A DNA stretch of 32,671 nt from an uncultured Bacteroidales bacterium. GTDB lineage: Bacteria; Bacteroidota; Bacteroidia; Bacteroidales; SZUA-534. Under the pieces are notes generated by a model, which saw only the letters and a list, made by a program, of their open reading frames with translations, did no database searches and was not told the DNA's origin. The position numbers and the translations under genes are program-made. Shown in pieces: positions 10,316 through 21,836 of this stretch; within the stretch, counting starts at the first letter, position 1, and every line of letters starts with the position of its first letter. Location: the NCBI GenBank assembly GCA_964424425.1, contig CAYRJP010000001.1:9782-42452 (forward strand), in the 5' to 3' direction.

Positions 10316-10705
10316 TTAAACACGTCTCCTTTTAGGAGGTCTGCAACCATTGTGTGGTAATGGAGTAACATCAACAATCTCTACCACAGCAATACCTCTA
10401 TTGTGTATTGTTCTGATTGCAGATTCTCTACCTGTTCCCGGTCCTTTCACAAAAACTTTTGCTTTACGCATACCTAAATCATAGGCTACTTTTGCGCAAT
10501 CTTCTGCAGCTACTTGTGCAGCATAAGGGGTATTTTTCTTAGAACCCCTGAATCCATTCTTTCCGGCTGACGACCACGAAATTACTTGTCCATCATTATT
10601 CGTAATTGAAATAATAATATTATTAAATGACGAATGAATGTGCACTTGTCCGCTTGCTTCAACCTTTACAATCTTTTTCTTTGTAGTTTTAGACTTTTGT
10701 GCCAT
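10316..10705 (-). CDS. rpsK: 30S ribosomal protein S11
   Basis: ...[18 protein letters not shown]..., [15 protein letters not shown]-terminus [13 protein letters not shown]. Confidence 0.97.
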   Translation of the reverse strand: MAQKSKTTKKKIVKVEASGQVHIHSSFNNIIISITNNDGQVISWSSAGKNGFRGSKKNTPYAAQVAAEDCAKVAYDLGMRKAKVFVKGPGTGRESAIRTIHNRGIAVVEIVDVTPLPHNGCRPPKRRRV

Positions 10706-10718
10706 AATAACTTATCTC

Positions 10719-11096
10719 TTATTTAGTAGCTTTCTTTTTATTCGCAACGGTTTTCTTTCTACCCTTACGTGTACGTGCGTTATTTTGGGTATTTTGTCCT
10801 CTTACAGGTAATCCTATACGATGACGAATACCGCGATAACAACCAATATCCATTAAACGTTTAATGTTTAACTGTATCTCAGAGCGAAGCTGACCTTCCA
10901 ACTTATATTTTTCATTAAGTATTTTACGCAATGCTGCTATTTCTGAATCAGTCCAATCTTTCACTTTTGTATCGAAGCTGATATTTGCTTCTTGAAGAAT
11001 TGAACGAGCAGTACTGTGACCTACTCCAAAAATATAGGTAAGTCCTATTTCTCCTCTTTTATTCTTTGGTAAATCAACACCAACTAATCGTGCCAT
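10719..11096 (-). CDS. rpsM: 30S ribosomal protein S13
   Basis: [14 protein letters not shown]..., [27 protein letters not shown]. Confidence 0.97.
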   Translation of the reverse strand: MARLVGVDLPKNKRGEIGLTYIFGVGHSTARSILQEANISFDTKVKDWTDSEIAALRKILNEKYKLEGQLRSEIQLNIKRLMDIGCYRGIRHRIGLPVRGQNTQNNARTRKGRKKTVANKKKATK

Positions 11097-11134
11097 AACT
11101 AATTTTTAAATTTCGGTTTGCAAAGTTAATTAAA

Positions 11135-11251
11135 TTATCCTTGACGTTGCTTAAATTTTGGATTTTTTTTGTTAATCACATACAAACGCCCTTTTCTTCG
11201 TACGATTTTACAATCAGAACTACGTTTTTTTATTGATGCTCTTACTTTCAT
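11135..11251 (-). CDS. rpmJ: 50S ribosomal protein L36 (single-Cys, zinc-independent type)
   Basis: Not in the ORF track. Hand translation of the minus strand gives [38 protein letters not shown], with ATG at 11249-11251 and TAA at 11135-11137. Canonical position between infA and rpsM. Confidence 0.93.
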   Translation of the reverse strand: MKVRASIKKRSSDCKIVRRKGRLYVINKKNPKFKQRQG

Positions 11252-11265
11252 CTTTTAAGTTCTTT

Positions 11266-11484
11266 TTATTTGTATCTAAATGATATGCGCCCCTTAGTTA
11301 AATCATAAGGTGACATTTCTACTTTAACTTTATCTCCGGGTAAAATTTTTATATAGTGCATACGCATTTTACCTGAGATATGAGCAGTAATAACGTGCCC
11401 GTTTTCCAGTTCTACACGAAACATTGCATTACTCAATGCTTCGATAATGGTACCATCTTGTTCTATTGAAGCCTGTTTGGCCAT
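11266..11484 (-). CDS. infA: translation initiation factor IF-1
   Basis: 72 aa. [28 protein letters not shown]...[34 protein letters not shown]. Confidence 0.97.
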   Translation of the reverse strand: MAKQASIEQDGTIIEALSNAMFRVELENGHVITAHISGKMRMHYIKILPGDKVKVEMSPYDLTKGRISFRYK

Positions 11485-11585
11485 AATACTTTTGTTTTTT
11501 TTGTTTATTCTCAGATTATTATTAAATATTACCTAATTGTAATATTTTTTAAGTTCAATCTTGTCTAGTGAAAAACACCGACTTC

Positions 11586-11634
11586 AAAAAAAAGAATTTT
11601 AATAATTGTGCAACTCATTTTTTATTAAAATCTT
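11586..11634 (-). terminator. weak AU-rich hairpin plus U-tract downstream of secY (candidate attenuator/partial terminator)
   Basis: Plus-strand AAGAATTTTAATAA (11592-11605) pairs with TTATTAAAATCTT (11622-11634): 10 bp, a 1-nt bulge, then 3 bp, with a 16-nt loop. On the minus strand it is followed by U6 (plus-strand A run from 11586). Only one G-C pair. Confidence 0.3.
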
Positions 11635-11685
11635 CTTTTACGATTGTCTTTTTTTTATTAATTATCAAAGAACTGCGTAATTGAA

Positions 11686-13017
11686 TTAAATAATTGAACG
11701 ACCACCTTTAATGCGTCCGCTCTTCATTAATCCATCGTAATGTCTCATTAATAAATGACTTTCGATTTGTTGAAGTGTATCTAAAACAACACCAACCATA
11801 ATCAAAAGCGAAGTACCACCATAGAAATAAGCAAAGCTTCTTTCAACACCTCCTATCATGGCAAAAGCCGGCATAATTGCAACTAATGCCAAGAAGATTG
11901 AACCGGGTAAAGTTATTCTTGACATAATAGTATCAAGAAATTCCACAGTTTTTCGTCCGGGTTTTACTCCGGGTATAAATCCACCATTCTTTTTCATATC
12001 TTCAGCCATTTGTGTCGGATTAATAATAATAGCTGTATAGAAATATGTGAAAAGAATAATTAAGATTGCAGTAACAAAGTTATACCAAAATCCTGTATTG
12101 TCAGCCAAAGCAGCAGCTATTCCGGTTGCTGTATCACTTTGTGAAAAACCAACTAATACTATTGGTAAAAACATTATTGCTTGAGCAAAGATAATCGGCA
12201 TAACACCGGCAGCATTAACTTTTAACGGAATATACTGACGAACTCCGCCGTATTGTTTATTACCTACAATTCGTTTTGCATATTGAACAGGTATCTTTCT
12301 TGTTCCTTGAATTAACAATATAGATATACCAACAACAATAGCCAAAGCAATCATTTCTACAATAAACATTACCAAACCACCACCTTGTTCGTTGATTCTT
12401 GAAACAAGTTCAACCCACAATGCAGACGGGAGTCTTGCAATAATTCCAATCATTATTATTAATGATATTCCGTTACCAATACCTTTGTCGGTAATACGCT
12501 CACCCAACCACATTACAAACATGGTACCTGCTGTTAATATAACAACAGAAGAAACTGTAAAGAATACACCGGTTAATGCAAAGGCTGAAGCCGGTAACTG
12601 TGCATGTAAATTAGCCAGATAACTTGGAGCTTGTAATAATAAAATTAATACTGTCAAATATCTTGTAATCTGATTAATTTTTCGTTGACCGCTCTCACCT
12701 TCACGCTGTAACTTTTGAAAATAAGGAACAGCCATACCCAGAAGTTGAATAACAATTGAAGCTGAAATATAAGGCATGATACCCAATGCAAAAATTGATG
12801 CGTTGGAAAATGCACCTCCCGAAAACATATCTAATAGCCCCAACACACCGCTTGATGTTTGAGATTTAAGAGCTGTTAATTGAGAGGGGTCAATACCCGG
12901 AAGTACCACTCTTGACCCTAAACGATATATCAATATAAGCCCCAAAGTGTTTAACAAGCGAGCTTTTAAATCTTCAATCTTCCAGATATTCTTTAAGGTT
13001 TCTATAAGTTTCTTCAT
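11686..13017 (-). CDS. secY: preprotein translocase subunit SecY
   Basis: 443 aa, 10 predicted TM segments. ...IFALGIMPYISASIVIQLL..., ...GGFIPGVKPGRKT.... Position after rplO. Confidence 0.97.
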   Translation of the reverse strand: MKKLIETLKNIWKIEDLKARLLNTLGLILIYRLGSRVVLPGIDPSQLTALKSQTSSGVLGLLDMFSGGAFSNASIFALGIMPYISASIVIQLLGMAVPYFQKLQREGESGQRKINQITRYLTVLILLLQAPSYLANLHAQLPASAFALTGVFFTVSSVVILTAGTMFVMWLGERITDKGIGNGISLIIMIGIIARLPSALWVELVSRINEQGGGLVMFIVEMIALAIVVGISILLIQGTRKIPVQYAKRIVGNKQYGGVRQYIPLKVNAAGVMPIIFAQAIMFLPIVLVGFSQSDTATGIAAALADNTGFWYNFVTAILIILFTYFYTAIIINPTQMAEDMKKNGGFIPGVKPGRKTVEFLDTIMSRITLPGSIFLALVAIMPAFAMIGGVERSFAYFYGGTSLLIMVGVVLDTLQQIESHLLMRHYDGLMKSGRIKGGRSII

Positions 13018-13027
13018 TTATTTTAAT

Positions 13028-13474
13028 TTACAAAGTTACTACTGTGCCTTCAAGTTTTTCTATAGCTTCAACAGCTGATTTAGAAAAAGCATGAGCTTTA
13101 ACTTCTAACTTCAAGGTTAATTTTCCGTTACCGAGAATCTTAATTAAATCGTTTTTAGAGCATAAACCATTATCTCTTAATGCTTGCACATCAACTGTAG
13201 TAAGATTTTTAGATTCGGCTAAACGCTGAATATCTCCGATGTTAATTGCTTTATACTCTTTTCTGTTGATATTCTTAAAACCAAATTTAGGAACTCTACG
13301 TTGCAATGGCATCTGACCTCCCTCAAAACCGATTTTTTTAGAATATCCCGAACGAGACTTTTGTCCTTTATGTCCGCGTGTTGAAGTTCCACCACGTCCG
13401 GAGCCTTGACCGCGTCCTATTCTTTTACGTTGTTTTGTAGATCCTTCAGCAGGTTTCAAATTACTTAAATCCAT
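13028..13474 (-). CDS. rplO: 50S ribosomal protein L15
   Basis: MDLSNLKPAEGSTKQRKRIGRGQGSGRGGTSTRGHKGQKSRSG.... Confidence 0.97.
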   Translation of the reverse strand: MDLSNLKPAEGSTKQRKRIGRGQGSGRGGTSTRGHKGQKSRSGYSKKIGFEGGQMPLQRRVPKFGFKNINRKEYKAINIGDIQRLAESKNLTTVDVQALRDNGLCSKNDLIKILGNGKLTLKLEVKAHAFSKSAVEAIEKLEGTVVTL

Positions 13475-13485
13475 ATCTGAAAATA

Positions 13486-13668
13486 TTATTTAATCTCTTC
13501 AAAAGAAACTAAGTGTTTAACTTTATTTATCATTCCCATAATCTCAGGAGTACTCTCTTGCTCAATAGTATGACGTATTTTACGCAATCCCAATGCTTCA
13601 AGAGTAGCTTTTTGACGCTTTGTACTTCCTATTTTACTTTTAATCTGTGTTATTCGTACTTTAGCCAT
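13486..13668 (-). CDS. rpmD: 50S ribosomal protein L30
   Basis: 60 aa. MAKVRITQIKSKIGSTKRQKATLEALGLRKI.... Synteny rpsE-rpmD-rplO. Confidence 0.95.
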   Translation of the reverse strand: MAKVRITQIKSKIGSTKRQKATLEALGLRKIRHTIEQESTPEIMGMINKVKHLVSFEEIK

Positions 13669-13681
13669 GTCTTAATTTTTT

Positions 13682-14194
13682 TTATCCTTTAAAGATTTTC
13701 TCTAATGAAACTCCTCTTTGATTGGCAACTGTATAAGCATCACGCATTTCTAACAATGCTGCTATTGTAGCCTTAACAACGCTATGAGGATTTGAAGATC
13801 CTTTTGATTTTGCAAGACAATCTTTTACTCCTACACTCTCAAGAACTGCACGCATAGCACCACCGGCTTTTACTCCGGTACCACTTGATGCCGGAGAAAC
13901 AAAAACCTCGGCTCCACCATAATGAGCAATTTGTTCATGAGGCAAAGTTCCGTTAATTACAGGAATTTTTATAAGATTTTTCTTAGCATCTTCAACACCT
14001 TTACTAATGGCAGTTGTCACTTCCTTGGCTTTTCCCAATCCGTAACCTACAATACCATTTTCGTCACCTACTACCACAATGGCTGAGAAGCTGAAAGTAC
14101 GACCTCCTTTTGTTACTTTCGTAACACGGTTAATTGATACCAAACGGTCTTTTAACTCTAAGTCTGTTGTTTTTATTTTTCTAATACTAGACAT
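13682..14194 (-). CDS. rpsE: 30S ribosomal protein S5
   Basis: ...[42 protein letters not shown].... Confidence 0.97.
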   Translation of the reverse strand: MSSIRKIKTTDLELKDRLVSINRVTKVTKGGRTFSFSAIVVVGDENGIVGYGLGKAKEVTTAISKGVEDAKKNLIKIPVINGTLPHEQIAHYGGAEVFVSPASSGTGVKAGGAMRAVLESVGVKDCLAKSKGSSNPHSVVKATIAALLEMRDAYTVANQRGVSLEKIFKG

Positions 14195-14199
14195 AACTT

Positions 14200-14556
14200 C
14201 TATATTTTAATTCCTCCTTTTCTGGCAGCATCAGCCAAAGCTTTTACTCTACCATGAAATAAATATCCATTGCGGTCAAACACCACAGTTTTAATACCTT
14301 GTTCTAAAGCTTTTTTAGCGATTAATTCACCTACTTTTTCAGCTTTTTGAATCTTGTTTCCCTCAAATTCAGCTACTTCTTTATTCAAAGATGAAGCTGA
14401 TACTAAAGTTTTTCCTTGAACATCATCAATTATCTGAACTGATATTTGTTTGTTACTACGGAAAACACTCATACGGGGCTTATCTGCTGTACCGCTAATC
14501 TTTGTGCGGATACGATATTTAATTTTTTGTCTTCTAAGTTGCTTACTGAAAGCCAT
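14200..14556 (-). CDS. rplR: 50S ribosomal protein L18
   Basis: ...[20 protein letters not shown]...[25 protein letters not shown]. Confidence 0.97.
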   Translation of the reverse strand: MAFSKQLRRQKIKYRIRTKISGTADKPRMSVFRSNKQISVQIIDDVQGKTLVSASSLNKEVAEFEGNKIQKAEKVGELIAKKALEQGIKTVVFDRNGYLFHGRVKALADAARKGGIKI

Positions 14557-14574
14557 AATAAAATGTTTTTACGT

Positions 14575-15129
14575 TTATGCACTAGCAGATTTACCAGCTT
14601 TTCTGCGAAGCTCTTCACCTTTAAACTTAATACCTTTACCTTTATATGGTTCAGGTTTTCTGAACGATCTTATCTTAGCAGCTACCTGCCCGATAAGTTG
14701 CTTGTCGATACTCTCTAGTGTTACACGAGGATTTGAACGACGCTCTGTTACAGCTTCTACTTTCACCTCTTTTGGCAACTCAAAGAATATGTTGTGAGAA
14801 TAACCTAAGCTCATTTCAAGCATTTGCCCTTTAGATTCAGCACGGTATCCAACACCTACAAACTCCATCTCAATTTTATAACCTTCAGATACGCCTATTA
14901 CCATATTATTAATCAATGAACGATATAAACCGTGCATTGATTTATGAGGCTTTGACTCTGTTGGTCTTTTTACTACAACCTGATTATCTTCTATTTTGAT
15001 AATCATTTCAGGATGTACTTGCTGCTGCAGTTCTCCTTTTGGCCCTTTTACTACTACCAAATTGTTTTTGTCAACAGTTACTGTTACTCCATTTGGTATA
15101 GCTACAGGTAAATTTCCTATTCGTGACAT
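14575..15129 (-). CDS. rplF: 50S ribosomal protein L6
   Basis: MSRIGNLPVAIPNGVTVTV....VKGPKGEL.., ...RKPEPYKGKGIKFKGE. Confidence 0.97.
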   Translation of the reverse strand: MSRIGNLPVAIPNGVTVTVDKNNLVVVKGPKGELQQQVHPEMIIKIEDNQVVVKRPTESKPHKSMHGLYRSLINNMVIGVSEGYKIEMEFVGVGYRAESKGQMLEMSLGYSHNIFFELPKEVKVEAVTERRSNPRVTLESIDKQLIGQVAAKIRSFRKPEPYKGKGIKFKGEELRRKAGKSASA

Positions 15130-15140
15130 TTTCTATTTTT

Positions 15141-15536
15141 TTAATAAACGTAACACAAAATTTCTCCACCCACGTTCTTAGCTTTGGCAGCTTTACCTGT
15201 TAATACTCCTTTTGAAGTAGAAATGATAGCTATACCAAGACCGTTAAGAACTCTGGGTAATTCTTTAGCTCCTCTGTACTGACGCAATCCCGGAGAACTT
15301 ATTCTCTGTAATTTCTTAATCACAGGTTGTTTTGTATTGGTATCGTATTTCAAGGCTATTTTAATAATTCCTTGAATATTATTATCTTCAAATTTATAAT
15401 TTAAGATATATCCTTGTTCATAAAGAATTTTGGTAATATCTTTTTTAATATTTGAAGCCGGTATCTCAACAACCTTGTGCTTTGCCATTTGGGCATTGCG
15501 TATTCTGGTTAAATAATCTGCAATTGGATCTGTCAT
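15141..15536 (-). CDS. rpsH: 30S ribosomal protein S8
   Basis: [21 protein letters not shown]..., ...[13 protein letters not shown]...[13 protein letters not shown]. Confidence 0.97.
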   Translation of the reverse strand: MTDPIADYLTRIRNAQMAKHKVVEIPASNIKKDITKILYEQGYILNYKFEDNNIQGIIKIALKYDTNTKQPVIKKLQRISSPGLRQYRGAKELPRVLNGLGIAIISTSKGVLTGKAAKAKNVGGEILCYVY

Positions 15537-15555
15537 TGTTTTTTTCTTTAATATT

Positions 15556-15825
15556 TTACCAACTTGCTTTTTTTACTCCGGGGATTAACCCTTTTAAAGC
15601 CATTTCTCTAAAAGAAATCCTACTAATACCAAATTGTCTCATATAACCCTTTGGTCTTCCTGTAAGATTACAACGATTATGCAAACGCACCGGTGATGCA
15701 TTTTTTGGCAATTTTTGAAGGCCAATATAATCTCCCTCTGCCAGAAGTTTTTCACGTTTGGCTGCATACTTGGCAACCATTCGTTGACGCTTTACTTCGC
15801 GAGCTTTCATTGATTCTTTAGCCAT
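15556..15825 (-). CDS. rpsN: 30S ribosomal protein S14 (long, non-zinc form)
   Basis: [14 protein letters not shown]..., ...[39 protein letters not shown]. 89 aa, no CxxC pairs. Confidence 0.96.
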   Translation of the reverse strand: MAKESMKAREVKRQRMVAKYAAKREKLLAEGDYIGLQKLPKNASPVRLHNRCNLTGRPKGYMRQFGISRISFREMALKGLIPGVKKASW

Positions 15826-15828
15826 AAT

Positions 15829-16383
15829 TTAGTTCTTTTTAAGATTTTTAAAAGGTAAACCGAATTCTCTAAGCAAAGCAAAACCTTCTTCATCTGTTTT
15901 TGCCGAAGTAACAAAAGTGATATCCATTCCTAAAATTGTATTGATTTTATCGATATCAATTTCAGGAAAAATAATTTGCTCTGTTATACCGAATGTATAA
16001 TTTCCTTTTCCGTCAAGTTTACTGTTAATTCCTCTAAAATCTCTGATACGAGGTAAAGCAACTACAACTAACTTTTGAAGAAATTCATACATTTTATCTC
16101 TGCGTAAAGTAACTTTAACACCAATAGGCATCTTTTTTCTAAGTTTAAAATTAGAAATGTCCTTTTTAGACAAAGTCTTAACAGCTCTTTGTCCGGTAAT
16201 CATAGTTAACTCTTCAGCAGCAACGTCAATTAACTTTTTATCGGCTATTGCTTTTCCGACTCCTTGATTAATTACAATTTTTTCCAATTTTGGAACTTGC
16301 ATAGGAGTCTTGTAACTAAACTCTTTAGTTAAAGCAGGAATAATTTCTTCCTCATACTTTTTCCTAAGTGCTGGTTTGTACAT
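15829..16383 (-). CDS. rplE: 50S ribosomal protein L5
   Basis: ...[13 protein letters not shown]..., ...[18 protein letters not shown]...[13 protein letters not shown]. The start overlaps the rplX stop (TAATG). Confidence 0.97.
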   Translation of the reverse strand: MYKPALRKKYEEEIIPALTKEFSYKTPMQVPKLEKIVINQGVGKAIADKKLIDVAAEELTMITGQRAVKTLSKKDISNFKLRKKMPIGVKVTLRRDKMYEFLQKLVVVALPRIRDFRGINSKLDGKGNYTFGITEQIIFPEIDIDKINTILGMDITFVTSAKTDEEGFALLREFGLPFKNLKKN

Positions 16384-16706
16384 TACTTTATCTCCTCCCC
16401 GGATTTTTTAGAATATCTTACTAATTTTCCATTATCATTCAATCTTCTACCTACTCTAGTTGGTTGGTCAGAAGAAGGATCCACTATCATCAAATTTGAT
16501 ATATGAATGGGTGCCTCTTGCTTAATTATCCCCCCTTGAGGATGGTCAGCATTGGGTTTGGTATGCTTAGATACCATATTTGCCCCTTCTACGATAGCAC
16601 GTTGTTTTTCTACCAAAACTTCAAGGACTTTTCCTTTGTGTCCTTTTGATTCGCCTGATAAAACTACAACGGTATCACCTTTTTTTATATGCAATTTTTT
16701 ACGCAT
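16383..16706 (-). CDS. rplX: 50S ribosomal protein L24
   Basis: ...[26 protein letters not shown]... KOW motif. Synteny rplN-rplX-rplE. Confidence 0.96.
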   Translation of the reverse strand: MRKKLHIKKGDTVVVLSGESKGHKGKVLEVLVEKQRAIVEGANMVSKHTKPNADHPQGGIIKQEAPIHISNLMIVDPSSDQPTRVGRRLNDNGKLVRYSKKSGEEIK

Positions 16707-16723
16707 AATCTTACTCTTTAAAA

Positions 16724-17089
16724 TTACAATACTTCAGGTGCAAGTGAAACAATTTTCATGTAATTATCACGTAGTTCACGTGCAACCGGTCCAAAAATAC
16801 GTGTTCCACGAATTTCACCTGCTGTATTTAATAATACACAAGCGTTATCGTCGAAACGAATATAAGAACCATCACTTCTGCGAACCTCTTTTTTAGTTCT
16901 AACTACAACAGCGCGACTAACAGTCCCTTTTTTCATTTCTCCACCGGGAATAGCACTTTTAACCGTAACAACAATTTTATCACCTACAGAGGCGTATCTT
17001 TTTTTACTACCTCCCAATACGTTGATAACTAAAACAGTTTTTGCACCGCTGTTATCAGCTACGTTTAATCTGGATTCTGATTGTATCAT
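16724..17089 (-). CDS. rplN: 50S ribosomal protein L14
   Basis: [17 protein letters not shown]...[29 protein letters not shown]. Confidence 0.97.
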   Translation of the reverse strand: MIQSESRLNVADNSGAKTVLVINVLGGSKKRYASVGDKIVVTVKSAIPGGEMKKGTVSRAVVVRTKKEVRRSDGSYIRFDDNACVLLNTAGEIRGTRIFGPVARELRDNYMKIVSLAPEVL

Positions 17090-17091
17090 GG

Positions 17092-17358
17092 TTACTTAAC
17101 TCTTTCAATTATTTCAACTAATCTCCAGCTCTTTGTTTTACTCAAAGGTCTGGTTTCCATCACTCTAACAGTATCACCAATATTACATGTATTCTCTTCA
17201 TCGTGAGCATGTAGTTTGGTAGTCTTATTGACGAATTTTCCGTATATCGGGTGTTTCACTTTACGTTTTACGGCAATTACGATGGATTTGTCCATTTTAT
17301 TGCTAACGACAACACCAACACGTTCTTTTCTAAGATTTCTTTTATTTTCCATCGCCAA
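17092..17358 (-). CDS. rpsQ: 30S ribosomal protein S17
   Basis: ...[48 protein letters not shown].....[14 protein letters not shown]. Confidence 0.96.
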   Translation of the reverse strand: MAMENKRNLRKERVGVVVSNKMDKSIVIAVKRKVKHPIYGKFVNKTTKLHAHDEENTCNIGDTVRVMETRPLSKTKSWRLVEIIERVK

Positions 17359-17360
17359 AA

Positions 17361-17567
17361 TTATTTTTTCTCATTTATTTGTCTCATCCTCAATTCTGTT
17401 TTCAATCTGGCAACATCTCTCCTTGCATCTCTAAGTTTATTAGGATTATCAAGTGGAGAAACAGCGTGATTTAAACGCAAACGAACCAACACATTTTTAA
17501 AATCGTCAATTCTTTCTTGAATCTCTTGAGTTGACAACTCTTTAATTTCCGAAGCTTTCATACTCAT
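17361..17567 (-). CDS. rpmC: 50S ribosomal protein L29
   Basis: 68 aa. ...[45 protein letters not shown]. The start overlaps the rplP stop (TAATG). Confidence 0.95.
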   Translation of the reverse strand: MSMKASEIKELSTQEIQERIDDFKNVLVRLRLNHAVSPLDNPNKLRDARRDVARLKTELRMRQINEKK

Positions 17568-17995
17568 TAATTTGAAGTTTCAACATAGTCTCTTCTTACC
17601 ACAAATTTGGTCTTAATAGGAAGCTTTTGAGCTGCCAAACGAAGTGCTTCTTTAGCTACTTCGTAAGAAACACCTTCTGCTTCTATAATAATACGACCCG
17701 GTGAAACAGGGGCAACAAATCCTTCCGGTGCACCTTTTCCCTTACCCATACGAACCTCTGCAGGTTTTTTAGTAATAGGCTTATCGGGAAATATGCGAAT
17801 CCAAATTTGACCTTCACGTTTCATGTAACGAGTCACAGCTTGACGAGCTGCTTCTATCTGCCGTCCGGTAATCCATGTTTCTTGTAAAGCTTTAATTCCA
17901 AAAGAACCAAAAGCTAATTGATTACCTCGCTGAGCATTTCCTTTCATCCGTCCTTTTTGAGAGCGACGGAATTTGGTTTTCTTTGGCTGTAACAT
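17567..17995 (-). CDS. rplP: 50S ribosomal protein L16
   Basis: [30 protein letters not shown]......[40 protein letters not shown]. Confidence 0.97.
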   Translation of the reverse strand: MLQPKKTKFRRSQKGRMKGNAQRGNQLAFGSFGIKALQETWITGRQIEAARQAVTRYMKREGQIWIRIFPDKPITKKPAEVRMGKGKGAPEGFVAPVSPGRIIIEAEGVSYEVAKEALRLAAQKLPIKTKFVVRRDYVETSN

Positions 17996-18013
17996 CCTAA
18001 ATCTCTTTTACGA

Positions 18014-18709
18014 TTATTTCTTACGTTTTTTAAATCCCTTCTTTTGGTTTGATGCGGCAGCTATATTTGGAGAAAGGTCGCGTTTTCCGTAAACTTCACC
18101 TTTCATAATCCAAACTTTAATACCAATTAAACCAACTTTAGTTAATGCTTCAACCTGAGCATAGTCGATATCAGCTCTTAGGGTATGTAACGGAATGCGT
18201 CCTTCTTTATAGATTTCTGCACGAGCCATTTCAGCTCCACCTAATCGACCTGATATTTGAACCTTTATACCTTCTGCTCCAATTCTCATTGAAGAAGCAA
18301 TAGCCATTTTTACAGCTCTACGATAAGAGATACGACCTTCTAATTGACGAGCTATACTGGTACCAACAAGGAATGCATCGAGTTCCGGTCGTTTTATTTC
18401 AAATATATTTATTTGAACTTCCTTTTTGGTAATCTTTTTTAACTCTTCTTTTAGTTTATCAACCTCTTGTCCGCCTTTACCGATAATAATACCGGGGCGA
18501 GCTGTATTAACAGTAATTGTAATTAACTTAAGCGTGCGTTCAATAACAATTTTTGAAACGCTGGCTTTTGCTAAACGAGCATAAAGATATTTTCTTATCT
18601 TATCGTCTTCTACTATTTTTTCAGAATAGTTGCTACCACCAAACCAGTTTGAATCCCAACCTTTAATGATACCTAATCTATTTCCTATTGGATTACATTT
18701 TTGTCCCAT
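18014..18709 (-). CDS. rpsC: 30S ribosomal protein S3
   Basis: [22 protein letters not shown]..., KH domain ...[17 protein letters not shown]..., ...[28 protein letters not shown]. Confidence 0.97.
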   Translation of the reverse strand: MGQKCNPIGNRLGIIKGWDSNWFGGSNYSEKIVEDDKIRKYLYARLAKASVSKIVIERTLKLITITVNTARPGIIIGKGGQEVDKLKEELKKITKKEVQINIFEIKRPELDAFLVGTSIARQLEGRISYRRAVKMAIASSMRIGAEGIKVQISGRLGGAEMARAEIYKEGRIPLHTLRADIDYAQVEALTKVGLIGIKVWIMKGEVYGKRDLSPNIAAASNQKKGFKKRKK

Positions 18710-19129
18710 CTATTCGTTATTTTCGTTATTTTCACTATTACGGCTATCAACAACTAAGGTAACGTGATTAGAGCGTTTTCTGATTCTGTGAGCTCTACCT
18801 TGCGGAGCAGGACGTAATCTTTTTAAGATACGTGCAGAATCTACTTTTATCTCTTTAACGTATAAGTCTGACTCTTCAATACGAACACCTTCATTTTTCT
18901 GTTGCCAGTTTGCTATTGCCGAAAGCAATAACTTCTCAAGCCTACCAGAGGCTTCTTTAGGACTGTAATGAAGAATATTTAAAGCCTTATTAACTTCAAC
19001 ACCTCTTACCATATCAGCAACAATGCGCATCTTACGTGGAGATGTAGGGCAATTTTTTAAAATTGCATAGCTTATGTTCTTCTTCTGCTCTTTTAACTGA
19101 TTGGCTTTATTTCTTTTTCTTGCACCCAT
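18710..19129 (-). CDS. rplV: 50S ribosomal protein L22
   Basis: ...[19 protein letters not shown]......[16 protein letters not shown]...., ...[22 protein letters not shown]. Confidence 0.96.
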   Translation of the reverse strand: MGARKRNKANQLKEQKKNISYAILKNCPTSPRKMRIVADMVRGVEVNKALNILHYSPKEASGRLEKLLLSAIANWQQKNEGVRIEESDLYVKEIKVDSARILKRLRPAPQGRAHRIRKRSNHVTLVVDSRNSENNENNE

Positions 19130-19149
19130 TTTACATCAGATTAAAATTA

Positions 19150-19416
19150 TTATTTTTTCTTTCCTCCATGACCCCTGAATTGACGGGTTGGGGCAAATTC
19201 GCCAAGTTTATGACCAACCATATTTTCAGTGATATATACTGGTATAAAACGGTTCCCGTTATGTACTGCGATAGTATGCCCAACAAAATCCGGAGATATC
19301 ATCGATGCCCTTGACCAGGTTTTAACTACGCTTTTCTTTCCTGATTCATTCATCTCTAAAACTCGCTTTTCGAGTTTGTAGTGAATATATGGACCTTTTT
19401 TTAATGAACGACTCAT
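19150..19416 (-). CDS. rpsS: 30S ribosomal protein S19
   Basis: [11 protein letters not shown]......V.....[52 protein letters not shown]. Confidence 0.97.
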   Translation of the reverse strand: MSRSLKKGPYIHYKLEKRVLEMNESGKKSVVKTWSRASMISPDFVGHTIAVHNGNRFIPVYITENMVGHKLGEFAPTRQFRGHGGKKK

Positions 19417-19427
19417 ATCTACTTATT

Positions 19428-20252
19428 TTATTTCTTTCTTCTTTCTACAATAAACTTATTCGATACTTTTTTCTTAGCACGAGTTTTATAACCTTTAGCA
19501 GGTAAACCTTTACGTGAACGAGGATGACCTCCTGAAGCACGACCTTCTCCACCACCCATTGGGTGATCAACAGGGTTCATAACAACACCACGTACTCGCG
19601 GACGACGTCCTAACCATCTTGAACGTCCGGCTTTACCCGACTTTTCAAGTCCATGATCAGAATTACCGATAGCTCCGATTGTAGCTCTACAAGTAACCAA
19701 TACCATTCTAACTTCCCCTGAAGGAAGTTTTACTGTAGCGTATTTCCCTTCGCGTGAAGTAAGCTGGGCAAATGTTCCGGCACTGCGAGCCATCACTCCA
19801 CCTGCATTAGGGCGTAATTCAATATTATGAATAATAGTTCCTAAAGGTATCTCTGATAAATACAATGTGTTTCCAATTTCAGGAGCAACTCCTTTTCCTG
19901 ACATTATCTTCTGTCCAACTTCTAAACCGTTGGGAGCCAGAATATACCTTTTTTCTCCGTCAATGTAGTTAACTAGTGCAATTCGAGCACTACGGTTAGG
20001 ATCGTATTCAATAGTTTTCACTGTTCCTTGAATACCATCTTTATCCCTTTTAAAATCAACTACACGATAACGTTTTTTGTGTCCACCACCTATATATCTC
20101 ATTGTCATTTTTCCTGATCCGTTTCTTCCGCCGGATCTTTTCTTTGGACGTAACAATGATTTTTCAGGCGTATTAGTGGTAACTGTTTCAAAGTTACTTA
20201 CCACTTTGTGTCGCTGACCCGGTGTAACGGGTTTCATCTTTTTTGCAGCCAT
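19428..20252 (-). CDS. rplB: 50S ribosomal protein L2
   Basis: ...TPGQRH.V......., ...[15 protein letters not shown]..., ...[25 protein letters not shown]...KG.KTR. Confidence 0.98.
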   Translation of the reverse strand: MAAKKMKPVTPGQRHKVVSNFETVTTNTPEKSLLRPKKRSGGRNGSGKMTMRYIGGGHKKRYRVVDFKRDKDGIQGTVKTIEYDPNRSARIALVNYIDGEKRYILAPNGLEVGQKIMSGKGVAPEIGNTLYLSEIPLGTIIHNIELRPNAGGVMARSAGTFAQLTSREGKYATVKLPSGEVRMVLVTCRATIGAIGNSDHGLEKSGKAGRSRWLGRRPRVRGVVMNPVDHPMGGGEGRASGGHPRSRKGLPAKGYKTRAKKKVSNKFIVERRKK

Positions 20253-20268
20253 GTTTTTTCTCTAAACT

Positions 20269-20559
20269 CTATATATTGCTATAAAAATCTATAACTTCTC
20301 CTTCTTTCAATGTAACAATTGCTTTTTTATAAGCATTTGTTTTTCCTTGAATAAAGCCTGCTTTTGTATATCTCGACTTAATTTTACCACCATAACGCAT
20401 TGTGTTTACGGCACTAACTTTAACGTCGTAAAGACTTTCAACAGCTTTGCGAATCTGATATTTATTGGCTCTTCTATCGACAATAAAACCATAACGATTC
20501 ATACTTTCAGCCATTGCCGTCATTTTTTCTGTTATGATTGGTTTTAATATAATATCCAT
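20269..20559 (-). CDS. rplW: 50S ribosomal protein L23
   Basis: 96 aa. MDIILKPIITEK...........F.VD..ANK.QI..AVE.LY.VKV..VNT.... Synteny rplD-rplW-rplB. Confidence 0.95.
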   Translation of the reverse strand: MDIILKPIITEKMTAMAESMNRYGFIVDRRANKYQIRKAVESLYDVKVSAVNTMRYGGKIKSRYTKAGFIQGKTNAYKKAIVTLKEGEVIDFYSNI

Positions 20560-20573
20560 AACTCCTCCTGTAA

Positions 20574-21200
20574 TTAACCTAAGACAGATTCAATAATTTC
20601 TACTGACTTTTCTGTAATAATCAATGATGAAGCTCTCATTATTTGATATGTGTTTAACATATCGGCAGAGATAACTTCAGCACCTTGAATATTTCGCGAC
20701 GACAAATATATATTTTTATTTGTATCGGCTAAAACTAATAACGATTTTTTATCGTTTACTTTCAAATTATTAAGCATTGCAGCAAATTCTTTTGTTTTTG
20801 GAGCTTCAAAATTAAAATCTTCAACCACAAAAATCTGATTTGCTTTTGCTTTATAAGTTAATGCCGATTTACGAGCCAACTGTTTAAGTTTTTTATTCAA
20901 CTTAATTGAATAATCGCGAACTCTTGGTCCAAATACACGACCTCCTCCTTTAAATACAGGAGATTTAATGCTTCCTGCACGAGCTGTACCGGTTCCTTTT
21001 TGCTTTTTAATTTTACGAGTACTACCTTTAATCTCTCCGCGTTCTTTTGATTTGTGAGTTCCTTGACGTTGATTTGCAAGATACTGTTTAACATCAAGAT
21101 AGATAGCATGATCATTTGGCTCCACAGCAAAAATGGAATCATTTAATTTTACCTTTTTACCGGTATCCTTGCCTGTGTTATTTAATACTTTCAATTCCAT
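20574..21200 (-). CDS. rplD: 50S ribosomal protein L4
   Basis: ...[58 protein letters not shown].... Its start overlaps the rplC stop (TAATG at 21198-21202). Confidence 0.96.
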   Translation of the reverse strand: MELKVLNNTGKDTGKKVKLNDSIFAVEPNDHAIYLDVKQYLANQRQGTHKSKERGEIKGSTRKIKKQKGTGTARAGSIKSPVFKGGGRVFGPRVRDYSIKLNKKLKQLARKSALTYKAKANQIFVVEDFNFEAPKTKEFAAMLNNLKVNDKKSLLVLADTNKNIYLSSRNIQGAEVISADMLNTYQIMRASSLIITEKSVEIIESVLG

Positions 21201-21817
21201 TATTTCTCAATTATTAAGTATCCACCTTTTGGACCGGGAACCGATCCTTTCACTAATAATAAATTGCTTTCGGGAATAATTTTCATTACTCTAAGACTAA
21301 GCATTTTAACTCTGTCTCCTCCTGTACGTCCTGCCATTCTCATTCCTTTAAATACTCTTGAAGGATACGAAGAAGCACCTAATGATCCCGGAGCTCTGTT
21401 ACGATTATGCTGACCATGGGTAGCATCGTTAACACCGGCAAAACCATGTCGTTTTACAACGCCCTGGAAGCCTTTTCCTTTAGAGATACCTGTTATATCA
21501 AGCCAAGTATCATCATTAAATAATTCTACTGTAAGAACATCACCCAATTGATAATCTTCTTTAAAATCTGAAAACTCGGCTACTTTACGTTTAGGTAAAG
21601 TTCCTGCTTTCTTATAATGTCCAATTTGAGCTTTGTTAGAGTTTTTCTCTTTTTTATCCTCAAAACCCAACTGGATGGCACTGTAACCGTCTTTTTCAAC
21701 GGTTTTCACTTGTGTAACAACACAAGGTCCTGCTTCGATAACCGTGCATGGAATATTTTTTCCCTCGGCACTGAAAATCGATGTCATTCCAATTTTTCTT
21801 CCTAATAATCCAGCCAT
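21200..21817 (-). CDS. rplC: 50S ribosomal protein L3
   Basis: [46 protein letters not shown]..., ...[14 protein letters not shown]. Confidence 0.97.
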   Translation of the reverse strand: MAGLLGRKIGMTSIFSAEGKNIPCTVIEAGPCVVTQVKTVEKDGYSAIQLGFEDKKEKNSNKAQIGHYKKAGTLPKRKVAEFSDFKEDYQLGDVLTVELFNDDTWLDITGISKGKGFQGVVKRHGFAGVNDATHGQHNRNRAPGSLGASSYPSRVFKGMRMAGRTGGDRVKMLSLRVMKIIPESNLLLVKGSVPGPKGGYLIIEK

Positions 21818-21836
21818 TTCTTTTTAATTAGTTTTA

